63,711 nt of DNA, filler included, from Octopus bimaculoides (GCF_001194135.2; 6 parts of 6 records of this genome joined end to end with filler, not necessarily neighbours in it), one strand, 5' to 3'; positions 12,711 to 25,752 are shown, counted from the first letter of the whole stretch. Program-made: numbers and translations. Notes: generated by a model not told the origin, from the letters alone.

Positions 12711-13105
12711 ACGGACAGACAGACAGAGATAGACAGACAAACAGACAGATTGAGACAGAGACACTATCATATATGTATGGAAAATCCTGGACGGGCTTGT
12801 TCCAAAGTGCGGCATTAGATAGGGTTTCAAAACACGAGCTGATAGATAGTCAGCTTGCAAATATACCACCTTCGAAATCACAAACAAAAACACTCTATTT
12901 TTACTAATCTGTTATTAAGGGTCCTGAATTGTTCGACTGCCTACTTAAAGAAATCAGAAATATAAAAGGGACGTCTACTGAAAGATGAGAAAAACATTGG
13001 ATAAACTCCTAACAACGATACCAGACCACCCAACCGTTCAAGGATACACTCAGGGAAGATCAACGGCTACAAAATCAATCGTAGACCAACTTCGCGCCAT
13101 AAAGT
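12390..13105 (+). mobile_element. CR1/L2-type LINE 3' fragment, interrupted by an (AG)n/(AGAC)n expansion
   Basis: Degenerate motifs ILRAFVTRE..MLTLWKTFVLRRLNYCSQFWSP, EIEGLQSTFASKI, LRLYPF..KRER[microsatellite]IIYVWKILDGLVP and GPELFDCL; same C-terminal style as 34195-34568. Confidence 0.8.
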
Positions 13106-14563
13106 GACAAACCTGGCAGTAGTTTACTTTGCTTGCAATATATAGGAAACACGGTGTGGTACAATCATAGATTTTGTAACTAGAAGACTAGTTAGAAAAT
13201 CTATTCGAGATAGAAGCAGTATACGAACAAAAAAGTGTTGCTTATGGCCACTTTAATGTGGCTGTCTTCTAAGAGACGATGATACTGCCATTTAACTCCA
13301 GGAAGACATCTCCTCCAGCTGGTTTTCCATGCCAGGTAACGAATACCCATCACCGAGGAGATGCAGTACATATCGAAACCACGTAGCCTGGTGGTTTTGA
13401 AGCTAGGGTGACATGAGTTATCTCCCGCTTGCAATAAATATTGAATATATATATTGAATTATAGAAGTTTTCTTTAGGAAACTTAACTAGTAACTGTTGG
13501 TGCTGCCACCTACAGTTGCTTTCGGAAAAAGAGAGGGGGTGAAGAAGAGTTTACTAAGAAATAAAAGATAGGATGAAGTTTCCCTTTAAGAGGAGAGAAC
13601 TGCTCAGGTTTTATATATATGTATATTTATTATTATGAGAGGTCTTTTTCTTAAGAGAGAGAGAAAAAGAGAGCGTATGAAATGATATTTCCATATAATC
13701 CATTTTTGTTTCCATTTTAAGTGAAATTTTGTTTGTTTCGTGAGCAAGATATACACAAGCCTTGTGATAACTACAACCGACCTAGAATGAAATAAGAGAT
13801 GATCTATTGTCCAAAATTGACATGTTATTAAAGAAGAGTTAGTGTTTTGTCTAGAGACAAGAGGACATCTGTGACACATGTTTCTGCCTTTATAGAAGTT
13901 ATCTCCACAGCAGTAACTAGATGCATATACTTAGATGCATACACATAGACTTATGCATATACATAAACTTATGTGTAACTAGGTGCATACACATAGACTT
14001 AGGTGCATATACAAAAAGAGTAGAGGATATTTATGGCTTTGTGTAATTCAGCGAGGCACAAATCAAAATATATCAATGTAGATAACATCATTTATAAAGG
14101 AAAAGAAGGTGGAAGAGCAAAAAACATGGTGGTGCGATATATAATATTCATCCAGCGAACATGTTTCGCATGATAATCATAAGTGCCACTGAAAGTTTTA
14201 CAAGGACAAAAAGATAAATGTGAAGGAGAAACATTAGCTGAAGCAGTAACATCAACACCTAATAAAATTTTGTAAATATTTGTAATATTAATCATCGTTA
14301 ATTATAGTGTACCCATCCTGTTTGTGCTTTCTAAATCAGCGTCCTCTTCAATGGCGTCACGATCCTTTCGATTCACTAGCTGATTGAAATAAATCTCTAG
14401 TAGAAACAAGAGGAACATCTTGAACTGAAGTACTTCCTCGTGATTTTTCTAAAAACACATCCTCTACTTGCATGCGATGTGAAATCTAGTAAATGAAAAT
14501 AGGTCCGGGAGTAAAAATGAAACCTCTGTAACCAGTAGAATCCAATCCATTCTTGGACTGGAC

Positions 14564-15743
14564 ATGGCAAAAACTCATCTTGACCTTCCACGGCTAACCA
14601 GCAAGGTATAATCAATAGTGCTTAGTCTAGAACACTTTTTCAGATATCATTTAAAATTTAAAAGATTTTGGCGGCTAACTTGTCTATAGAATCTGAACAA
14701 CCTTGAATGGTCATGAAAAAATCCTTCAAGGAAATCTTCAGTTTTTGCAACTTCATCGGAAAATTTAGAATTTGGTCTGTAAAATCAAACTAGCAGGCAC
14801 AATAAGTAACTAGTTAAAAAAAATACATTAATTCATAGTTAGTGCAGGCATTTTTATGCACATCATACAGTTTCTTTATTAACTCGTTTCGTTTAACTCT
14901 ATAAACATAATCAGGTTCTTCTGGGAACGTTAACGCCAATAGTCTAGTTTCTTATTTAATACTGTCGACATAAAAATATTAGAAAGGGTGAGGACCCCCA
15001 GCTCACATGAACGCATTATAGTTGGTAAATTTTTTTATTGCTGGAAATCGATCAATTTAAAACACTTGACGATATTCGATTATATTGATCGCACAGGTAT
15101 CTGGTTTCTTGTTTTTATTGTAAACTAGCAGAAATACCCGGCGTTGCCCGGGTTAAAGAGAATAATGAAATCTAAAAACGCCGTCTAGACTACGCATCAT
15201 CTTTATATATAGAGATGTATATACACACACGTATATATATGTATATCAATATAAATATATGAAAGTCAATGAAGTTTCGTAAAAGAAGGAGATCATGTAC
15301 ATACTTTCTTGCTGTTGTGATTATAACACCTCGTTGTAAACTATGTTCCTTGTTTTCCCCTGTGGAGCATATATAAATANNNNNNNNNNNNNNNNNNNNN
15401 NNNNNNNNNNNNNNNNNNNNNNNTTAATTAATTAANNNNNNNNNNNNNNNNNNNNNNNNNNNNNNNNNNNNNNNNNNNNATCCTTTATATTGAACACTCA
15501 ATATTTCATCTACATTCAATACTTTATTTCATGGTGCCATCCATTTTTATTTTATTTTATATTATATATTGTATGTTATATTATATATTGTATATTCCAT
15601 ATTCTATACCCCACATTAGTTCTGCAGGAATATAAATAAAACATAAAAAACAGACAGTGTTGGAACTTTTTTAAGCCAAATAATATATTCCTCTATACAC
15701 AATCATACAAAAAAATCCACCTTTTTTTGTATTTATTTTTACT

Positions 15744-15788
<45 letters not shown>

Positions 15789-16327
15789 TGCTATTATTTC
15801 GGACCTTACAAAGCTAAATTCTCATATCCTAAAATAATATCGTTGGAATAATCAATATCGTCTTCTCTTAACGATTGTGTATAGAAGGACGTCTGTTCGG
15901 CGAAGAATTTTCGTATGGTGTTATCGCGGCTCTCAGTTTAACTCCATCTGATTTTATATTGAAGGGACTCGAAAAATGTGGGTGTCGTCCTCACTTCTAA
16001 ATATAGGCGAAGGCTCTTCATAAATATAAGACAGGTGTAATCCTATAAGAAAAAACTTTTTATTCGTCATTCTTCTTTATTCACCCGTAATAATGAGGGT
16101 GGCTTATTGCACCAACCTAGATTAAAGCATGAGTTGGATGTATGTCGTCTTAATTTGACAGGACTTTGTTGAAATGTCGATCCGTACTTTTATCCTGAAT
16201 TTTTTCAGCATTCGGATCTTTTTAAACGGAAGAACTAATCCTTCTATTTCCTCGCTTCTGAATGTCAATATGCTGAACGAAGCGCTATCTGCAGCACAAT
16301 CACGAACTTCTATATACATAAGGAACA

Positions 16328-16383
<56 letters not shown>

Positions 16384-18578
16384 TATGTATGTATGTATAT
16401 GTATATGTGTGTATGGGTGTATATGTATTTATGTACATATATATGTTTTTGAAAATCTTGTATGCGAGATTTTCTCTGTAAATTATTCAGAAATAAGGAT
16501 CTTGTCGCATTCTTTGCATATACTAATTTTTCACAAATTATTTTTATTCACTGGAAAGTATTTAAAAATAAGGATTCTAATGTATCAAGCAAAATTTCAA
16601 ATCGCGCTGTCTTGTACAACATGTTTAAAAGAGACTTCCATTGCAACGAAAACGCAAAAGGTGCTTACGAGGCGATTGTCGACACACCCTTATTTTCTGC
16701 ATTTGAAGCAGGAATGCTTTATGAAAAGGGCTTAAAAGTGTTCGAATGCTTCCCTCAATAGAAATGTGTCATTTTCTTCATAAGTTTGTATGATGATGTA
16801 TATACATTTGTGTGTGTACGTGTGTGTGTGTAACTGTGTGTGTGTGCGCGTGTGAACATGTGAGTGTGTGTAACAATGTTCGAGTTTTATCCTTCACTTG
16901 ACCCTAGGCAAAATGACTCCACAGTTAAATCTACTAACTTGAAAAATATGTATTGTTTCTATAATAGTTTATAGAATTTTAAAAATAAAAGACTAAATAG
17001 AAGTTTATCGATAATTTTCTCTTTGTTTTGAGGAAGAAAACTTGAGTGGAGAGAAAATTCCAGAAATGGGAATTTCAGTGTAGTAGATTTGAAAGTTAGC
17101 AACATCAGCGTAGGATTGTTGCTTACATTTAATACATAACTTTTAATTGTATGAGTGGAAGGAAAATCGAAAATAACTCATATGTTTCTACCGCAGAGAA
17201 CTTCGATCTTTCAAAATTATTCTAGTGTGAAGTTAGTGCTTGCGTTTAGAGTAGCAAACTGTTGCCAATTCAGCACCTCTTAAAATCAATTCCAATACTG
17301 CAAAGTTTTATTTTTTCAGTTCTGTACTTGTCTAACATGTAACGTGATCTGAGACTTTGTGTTGAAACTGAAGCAACTCTACCGCTGAAGAGCCATTTTA
17401 TAACGCATAACGATGTTAAATACACTTTAGATTTAAATTTTGACACGTCTCGGAAAAAAATGTAAAACGAATTTAATAGCTTTGTGTATTCTTAAATGTC
17501 ACTTTTACAATATAGCTCCCGAGGCATTCTTTTATTATAACTCACATTTTTGTGTTTAGTCAGCTACATGTTAACATACATCTTAAAGAAATCACCTAAT
17601 AGCGTTGAATGTGCTGTAAATATTGGTTTTATTGGAACTAAGTACTAATATTTTATATTCTTGAATGCAATAGAATACTGTGATGTTCAAGCACCTTCAA
17701 GAATACTTGTTGTGTAAATGAAGGGATGGAACGAAGGATAATATTAACATAGCAAGATTATCTAACTGCGATAAAGCAAATCTATTTAACTCGGTCATGT
17801 TACAACTATCTACAGTCGTAGTCAAACGTCTGGAATGTTTTCAGTAAATTATATCAATTCAAATATATACAACGTAGAGATATAGTAAGCTAATAATTTT
17901 CAGACCTATGTTTCAAAATCTGGAGCAAGTAATAATATATTGCAAATTAAATATAACTTAGGGTAAATAATATAAAAATTCCAATTTTCAGACCTACGTT
18001 CCAAATTTTGGCCACGACTGTATAACCAAATTTTCTCTAACATTTCCAAGTTTCATGTTACTTCATAATTATGATAGCTTACCTCTCCAACATGCGGTGC
18101 AAAATCAAGATTCTCTTAAAGGAAACACAATAGAAGTGTAAATAATTTAAATGCTTTAACAGGACAATCGTATATTTTGTAGTATGGGCACAAGGGAACT
18201 GTTTTAGTTTGTTTTATCCATTTATTTGATTCATTTTGTTTACTGCATTATATTACATTTCATACTGACAATACTCACAATGTGGTGAGTTTATATTGAA
18301 TAATATAATTATTTAATTATTTAATTTCTATTTCAATGTCTACAAAAACAACGCTCGGGTGTGTTGGTAGTTTAATATTTATTGAATATATAATTCTGTT
18401 AAAATATCTAATATTCAAAATGATTCTTAAACAGAGAGATATATGTTCTATAATCTTTTTATGTTTCTTGTTTCTGATGCAATAATTATCTTTCAATAGT
18501 TACAAAATCTCCAAAAGAAAAAGAAAATACTTCCAATCAGAATCACGTACTGCTAGAGAAATCAAACACTTAAACTAA
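14564..18578 (+). CDS. Tentative small single-pass membrane protein (about 65 aa): MAKTHLDLPRLTSK / FVLSIYLIHFVYCIILHFILTILTMC / YKISKRKRKYFQSESRTAREIKHLN; exons 14564-14605, 18208-18284, 18500-18578
   Basis: gacATGg start with AAG|gtataa donor at 14605. Strong GTG|gtgagt donor at 18284. Branch-like ctgat plus tctttcaatAG acceptor at 18499, stop at 18576-18578, AATAAA shortly downstream. The acceptor at 18207 is weak, and hydrophobicity can arise from T-rich DNA. Confidence 0.3.
15125..15215 (-). mobile_element. Mini non-autonomous Helitron (91 bp)
   Basis: The minus strand starts TCTCTATATATAAAG and ends with a CCCGGGCAACGCCGGG hairpin about 10 nt before CTAG. It sits between host A and T with no TSD. 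Confidence 0.8.
15424..15435. other. Artificial TTAATTAATTAA spacer inside 100-bp N gaps (also at 34613, 44646, 59208 and 61533)
   Basis: The identical 12-mer, which has stop codons in all six frames, is centred between 44 N and 44 N. Confidence 0.9.
17813..18020. mobile_element. Tc1/mariner-type MITE
   Basis: TA|cagtcgtagtcaaa ... ttttggccacgactg|TA: TIRs with TA target duplication and internal direct repeats aattttcagaccta(t/c)gtt. Confidence 0.8.
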
Positions 18579-18967
18579 AAATCATGAAACAAGAACTACA
18601 AAGCGAAATACAAATAAAATTATGTATTATAAATAGAGTCTCGGGCTAAATAAACAAGTATTTCGTAGCCTTAGAGATTAATCTTCAAAATCCAATTACA
18701 ATATCTGTCAATCACATGTTCTAGAATTAATAGTGTTGTTAGCACTCTTGTCAGATAGTAATTAGGAACTACCAAATTATTATGTTTAGATTGTCACTCA
18801 TCGTTAAATTCCAATTACGCTATCCAAAACACATTTTGTTGTTTTCGAAGGTAGAACCACATTCGGGTCTATTTTCGACCCTAATTCCAATTATTTCAAG
18901 TTATGTAATATCAGATGCATTTCAGGAGATACTACAGTTTCTTTATATGCTGATGCATTCACTTGTG

Positions 18968-19560
18968 CACTGAGAGTGACGAAATGGGACCCCAGATGCA
19001 TTTTACGTTTTGGTTCCTCAGTCCATCCTTGTGAATTAGTGCAATATTAAAACATGGAACATTATTTTTGTTTCTATCAGTTCTAATTAATTGTCTGTTA
19101 TTTTAGTACATAAATAATCAGAATCGCAACCTTCATAATATATTAAACCAAACAAAATACGAAATCTGTTTACATCAGTGGAAATGAGTGTGTTGTAGGT
19201 GTATGTACATTAATTGCAAAACTCAAATAAATTTAAATGACTGAAAATCATCGGTTTTTTCCTCACATTAGATGCTTCTTTTAGAGGAGACGCTTTTTTT
19301 ATGATTATCAGGTTTTCTCATGATTACAAGGAACGATTCGTCGTTGCATGTTTCTGATATAATCTCCTATAATCAATGTATCTATCATCTTGTTCTTCTC
19401 GTTTATTGCTTTTATACTATGATGGAATCTTTTTATTTGCTCTTTAATTAAATCGCCAAACCTTTCTGGGAAGCAATGACAATGTCTGCAGATTAAAGGA
19501 CTGTTAAAAATAACATTATTTACTTTATTTACATTTGTCGGATATTTGTCCGCATCTTTG
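18968..19560 (-). mobile_element. 3' remnant of a DNA transposon, probably Chapaev3/CMC-type transposase C-terminus
   Basis: ORF 19308-19640 contains FPERFGDLIKEQIKRFHHSIK...DY...QR, resembling the FPENLGxxSxEQGERFHQDIK...ADYCW motif I associate with Chapaev3-type transposases. CACTG terminus at 18968. Confidence 0.55.
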
Positions 19561-21450
19561 CGACAACCATCAAGCGCATTCCATATTTGGACATAATAGC
19601 CCCTATTGTAGAGATAGTCATAAAGATACCAAAAGCTCATGGAGATGAACTAAGGTGGAAAGTGAGAATGGTACTAGAAAAAGCGAAACTTCCCAAACCA
19701 AACATCACTACAAAAGACTACAGAGTGACAATTCGATCGTAATACATCCAACTAACAAGGGAAATGCTACAGTGGTGATGAACAACTCTGACTACTCGGA
19801 AAAATTGGCAAGTCTTATATGTGATGGAAGCTACAGCAAAGTAAAGAAAGACCCAACTCTGAAAACAGAGGAAGTTGTCACAGATCTTGATCAACCACAA
19901 GGATCACTTTACACCAATGAAGTACAGACAACTGCCCCAACACCACAGTAAACTACCACACATGTACTGTCTCCCTAAGATTCACAAGGATGATATTCCA
20001 TTAAGACCTATAGTGATTTGTAGAGGTTCAGCATGTCATCCACTGAGCCGCTTCCTTCTTGATACAATTAATCCTTTAGCAGGAAAATCAATATCATACG
20101 TGGAGAATTCCACCCACTTCACATAACTGAGCAAGCATAACCCCATTGAATCCAACCAAACGGTGAGTCTAGATGTGATAAGTCTGTTCACCAAAGTACC
20201 AACTGGTGAAGCACTATCGGTGATTCAAGAAAAACTAGTGACAGACATCCATCTAAAAGAATGCACTAGTATACCAATAAGAAACTTGATGGAAATGTTT
20301 ACACTCTGTGTAGAAACTACCTAGGTCAGTATGGATACTGATGTATATCGACAAGAAAGGGATTTAGCTATGGATTCGCCATTATCATTGATAATAGCCA
20401 ATATATACATGGAATAGTTTGAGAATTTGGCTTTAGTATCAACACCACAATAACCAACCCTTTGGCTGCGATATGTTGATGACGCCTTTATAATCCGGCA
20501 CCACCAGGAAGATGATGAAGACCGTGCTGTTAGAGCATGTGAACTCAATAAAGCCATGCGTACAGTTCACAATGGAAAAGGAAAGAGACAATCAGATAGC
20601 ATTCCTTGATGTATTAATAACACTCACCAATTATGGATTCAGGACATCCGTATACTGCAAGCCAACCTTCACTGGACGATACCTCAACTTCAATTCCCAC
20701 CATCCGTACAGTCTAAAGAGAGGGATTGCTCAGTGCTTAAAACATCGAGCAAAGAATGTAAGTAGCGATCGTGATACACACCACGAAGAAATGATTAAGC
20801 TCAATAAGAATCTATTAAACAACAACTACTCAAAAATATACTATCCACTCCAATTATGAAGAAAAGATAGGATGAAACTAAAAAACTGTCTACCCTATGT
20901 GACAGGCTTCTCCGAAAAGATACAAAAGATATTCGGTCCATATGACATCAGGACAGTATTCAAGAGCAATACAACAATTTGCAAATATCTCTTTCGTGTA
21001 AAGCCACCAATAAAAGAGAATATGACCAATGATTGCGTGTACTCCATCCAGTTGTGGTAGGTTATACAAAGGTGAAACATGCCGTCCCCTCAAATGAAGC
21101 GTAGGCGAACATCGCAAAACTGTGACACGAGGAAATATTGATAAATCGGGTATAGCTGATCATGTATGGAATATGGAGACCACCTCCCTAGTGGGATGAA
21201 GTTAAAACAATAGACAGAGAACACCACTGGAAAATACGGAAACTAAAAGAAGCAGCACGTATGCTAGGACACAACAACCTCCTAAGCAGACCGACTGCAG
21301 ATATGAGTAGCATATGGGAACTGGTATTAAGGAAGGATAGGAAAATATTAGATTCATAAGCCCTAAAATTCACTCCATAATTGCCCTTGGGTATATGGCG
21401 TACCGGGTAACAGCGCGGGCTACAAACCCCAAGATTCCGAGTTCGATAAT
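19556..21450 (+). mobile_element. Penelope-like element (RT plus GIY-YIG endonuclease), 5'-truncated, multiply frameshifted
   Basis: TIKRIPYLDIIAPI, KPNIT, HPTNKGNATVVMN, LPKIHKDDIPLRPIV, SLDVISLFTKVP, LAMDSPLSL..ANIYME, WLRYVDD, FTMEKERDNQIAFLDV, VYCKPTFTGRYLNFNSHHP, LPYVTGFSEKI, CVYSI and KSGIADHVW. Confidence 0.92.
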
Positions 21451-21887
21451 AATAATGATAATAATAATAATAATAATGATAATAATGATGAATAATAATA
21501 ATAAATAAGGAAACTCACCTCACTGAGAAAAAATATAGAGAAAAAATATAGAGCAAAACCTAACCACTTGTAACATTCTAGTCCTTCTAAACCAAATCAT
21601 GTTAAATTAAACAAAATCTATCATCTCCAACATTTTTTATTATCTCCCTTATATCGGAAAAAATCCCTGATTACCTTCCCCTATCTTGAACTCCATATTT
21701 TACACCGGAGCGAAGACATGTTATGATACAGGTAGAGACATTTGAAAAGAAAATACGAAACCGGTTATTTCTCCAAAAACAATGTTTTTATACTCAAAAT
21801 TTTAAAACATTTTCCTAGCATGGCGATTTAAATATGTACTTTAACCATATAAGACAAGCCTTCTGTAGTCTTTTCACTCTTGTTTAT

Positions 21888-21935
<48 letters not shown>

Positions 21936-22986
21936 CAGAGACAGAGGGTGAGAACAAGCGATAGATAAATAGATAGATATATAGACATATATACCTATAT
22001 ACGTACATACATACATACATACATATATATACACATATCAAAATCTGTACTTCAATTTACAGAAACAATAAATTGGAGAACATAACATTCTAACAAGAAA
22101 GACAGTAGTTTGCGTATAGATAAGCCGTAACCAAACAGGTGCTCGTTCCACCCGTAACAAACTCAAATTTGCTCAATGCCATAGGTATTCAGGAACACAT
22201 TAATCGCTGTTTGGTCGAAACTTATTCGTAGAGGTTTCGGCTGCTACCTCTTGCATATTGTTCCATTTCGTATAGGACGTGATTCTGACTCAACGTAGAA
22301 CGTTGCAATGTTGAAATATTATGCGAAATATTGCGAAGTCACAGAGAATCCCTGTGAGCAATGTCTGAGATCGCAACGTTTCAAAATGCAGTTAAATCAC
22401 ACCACTCACTAATCTTTTGTGGTTTAATATTTACTTCAATATTCAATAGATCGAAAACATACGAAATGTACCAAATTGACTGCATTAATTATATCGGGAA
22501 AGGGAAGTATTTGGTAATAATTATTAGAGCTGTTTACATTTTAACAGTCGTTTATTGATTTTCTTTGTCTATACAAAGGAGAAGATATAATTAATTGCAT
22601 CGAACAAAGTATATTTTATGGATTGATAGTATTCTTCTATATTCTTTCATTTTTATTTCTAATTCTAATTACAATATTCTGCCTAAATAAAAAAGAAAGC
22701 GAAGTTGCATACATTTGCATTCGTAGAACGTATGTATGTATAATAAATACAAGTAAATAATCGATAGGACACGGACCGCATGCCACCATCTGAAGTAGAA
22801 GGTGAATTTCGTTACGCATAACATGCAATGACGTGTTCTACATGACAAATAAGTAAAATATGAGAAATACTTTTATATTATTCTCCAACATATTCAGTCA
22901 GCTGGGGGGAAGGATTGAAATGCTTTAATGGTTTTCAATATGCATTAAGGGCAAGTGCTAGCGCTGTATAAGTGTGTGTGTATAGA

Positions 22987-23024
<38 letters not shown>

Positions 23025-23513
23025 TGTGTGTGTTTGTGTGTGTGTGTGTGTGTGTGTCCTTATACATACATATACATATATGAATGTATGTATTTGTGTG
23101 TGTAAATATATGACAAGAGAGAGGGAGAGAAAGAGGGAGAAAGATAGAGACAGAGATAAACAGACAGACAATGAGAGACCGTTGTTACAATCTAAACATC
23201 CTCTCGCTTTATCCAATTGCAAACATGCAACACTTATGTTTTATTGTCTCCGCAAGATGCAGTCGATTTACAACGGGACATCATTCAGAAAAGTTTGGAA
23301 GGAAATAATGTAATATAAGAATATTCTAGTTGTTAGCTTTTTTTATAACGTGTTATGATATTTTCGCCCGCATAAACACATCAAGAAAGTGAGGGACATT
23401 GCGAACTATGCATTGAAAGAATTGTAAAGTACGACTATATGGTCCAAGGTTAGCAATCACAACGCATGATACTACTAATACTACTACTGATGATGATGAT
23501 GATGATGATGATG

Positions 23514-23589
<76 letters not shown>

Positions 23590-23639
23590 GTAATAATAAT
23601 AAAGAAACATAAAAAAGTAACTGCAGAATATGTGGCGAT

Positions 23640-24286
23640 GGACAAGAAACAATAAATCATATTATCTCTGGCTGCCCAGTCCTAGTTAAGAAGGAATATA
23701 TTCACAGACACGACAGAGCTGGGGGCTACATCATACACGGGAAGCTATGCCAACACTATGGAATAACAACAGAAAAAAGATGGTATAGGCACACGCCAGA
23801 AAATGTCACAGAAAATGAGAAAGCAACCATACTCTGAGATATGCCAATAAACACAGATAGAGAAATTATGGCAAATAGGCCAGAAAATTTGTCAGAGTTC
23901 ATGAAGGAAACAAATGCTTTCTAATTCATGTATCAATACCACCAGATGACAACATTTCCCTAAAAGAAATGGAGAAACTTTCAAGATACAAAGACATGGA
24001 AACAGAGGTAACTCGAATGTGGAATCTAAAAGCAGAAACAATTCTTATCATAATAGGTATGATAAAAAAAATATTCAGACAAATACATAACAAAAACACC
24101 AGGACTTACAAATATATATAACATACAGAAAATTGCACTACTGGGCACTGCACACATCCTACGCAAAATACTTTTAATACAGTAACCATAAGAGCACCAC
24201 AGCAAACCACAGCATATACCCAAGGCACACAGAGATGCGTTCGGTAGTGAAGTAAAAGCACGTTATAAAAATAAAACTACTGAATA
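23640..24286 (+). mobile_element. R4/Dong-like (R2 superfamily) non-LTR 3' fragment embedded in (AAT)n
   Basis: ETINHIISGCP..EYIHRHD (CCHC end), DREIMANRP endonuclease region and QKIALLGTAHILRK C-terminus; (AAT)n on both sides. Confidence 0.85.
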
Positions 24287-24324
24287 ATAATAATAATGAT
24301 AATAATAATAATAATAATAATAAC

Positions 24325-24392
<68 letters not shown>

Positions 24393-24394
<2 letters not shown>

Positions 24395-24520
24395 TCTACC
24401 TAGCTCAGATACCAGGAAAACCCAAAAATGGCTGAAGTTCAAAAGATAGTGCTCATGGGAACTGCCCATATCCTACGTAAAATACTGTCTATGTGATCTC
24501 AAATTTTAAAGCAATCACAT
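24393..24520 (+). mobile_element. Short R4/Dong-like 3' fragment (different subfamily)
   Basis: EVQKIVLMGTAHILRKILSM*; starts inside (AAT)n. Confidence 0.7.
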
Positions 24521-24531
24521 ANNNNNNNNNN

Positions 24532-24628
<97 letters not shown>

Positions 24629-24698
24629 GATCATTTCTACTGGAAGCACAAGTCCTCAAGCAAAAGTCAAACATAAAAAAAATAATAATAATAATAAT

Positions 24699-24894
24699 AA
24701 TCCGTTTGTTGGGAGGACAGCAGTCGATTACATCAACCCCAATTTTCAAACGGCTCTTATTTTATCGACCCCGAAGCGATGAAATGCAAAGTTGACCTCG
24801 GTGGAATTTGAACTCAGAATGTAAAAAAAAAAACGGAGAAAATATTACTAAGCATTTTGCCCTGTAATGTTAACGATTCTGCCAGCTCACGGCC
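24699..24894 (-). mobile_element. CORE/MIR-like SINE, family C (a second partial copy lies at about 24960-25075)
   Basis: Reverse complement gtgagctggcagaatcgttaac...ctgagttcaaattccaccgaggtcaactttgc...ggggtcgataaaataag matches the 52498 copy. Confidence 0.75.
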
Positions 24895-25752
24895 GTAATA
24901 ATAATGATAACAACGACAATAATAGTGATTCATTCAAGCACAGACACAAGAGCTGTAGTTTGGAGATAGGGCTAGTGGACTGCCACGACCCCACTGAACA
25001 GCCGAAGCATATTTCATCGAACGAGGTAGAATGAATGGTAAAGTTAACTTCGGCTGAATTTGAACTCAGAATACTATGTTAAGCAATTATAGAACGATTA
25101 TACATAAATGCGGAGAATAATTTGCAATTAAATTAAATAATGAGATATATAGGTAATATTTCATGAAGGTAATGAAAAACAAATCAATGAAAACGAGGAG
25201 TAATGCAATTAGTATTTATTATAGAAATACTAATTTGTCAACATTTTAATTGGAAAAATGATATAATGTTCTAATATCCAAATATCGATTCGGTAAATGG
25301 TAACATTTCTAGACATTTGGATGCGAGAAAGTTATGATATTGAAAAGGCCATTATGTATAGTAGTTTTGTATATATTCTAATATCGATCAATGTCACACT
25401 CACTTACTTTGTCAAATAGGATTATATTTGGCGAAAAATTATAATATTTAAGCATACACGAATGTGTCTGATACATTTTTATGGGGCAAATATTCATGGT
25501 TATGTAGTTGTTGTTTGGATTTGCTTTATTGTTAACTGTGCAAATATACTATGAAATAATTTCCAGTCATAAGTGTGGCCTTTATCTTTGTCTGCATTAT
25601 CCAGTATATTCCTTTGTATCTAATACTCCTATTTCTAGCAGGTTTACCTACCATCTTTTTTTTAGCAGGTAATTCATGGTTTGTTTCTATTTTCAGTTAT
25701 CTATTCTCTTTTTATTTTATTTTCGTGTTTGTCTTTTGCATTTTCTTCCCAG

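Noticed and set aside
13310-13426. U1 snRNA-like words (TTACCTGGCA and GGGAGATA..CATG) on the minus strand
   Set aside because: The two words are in the wrong order and spacing for U1, and no Sm site or stem-loop pattern follows.
16462-16761. 99-aa non-repetitive ORF
   Set aside because: No recognisable motif, no convincing splice sites, and an AT-rich composition consistent with chance.
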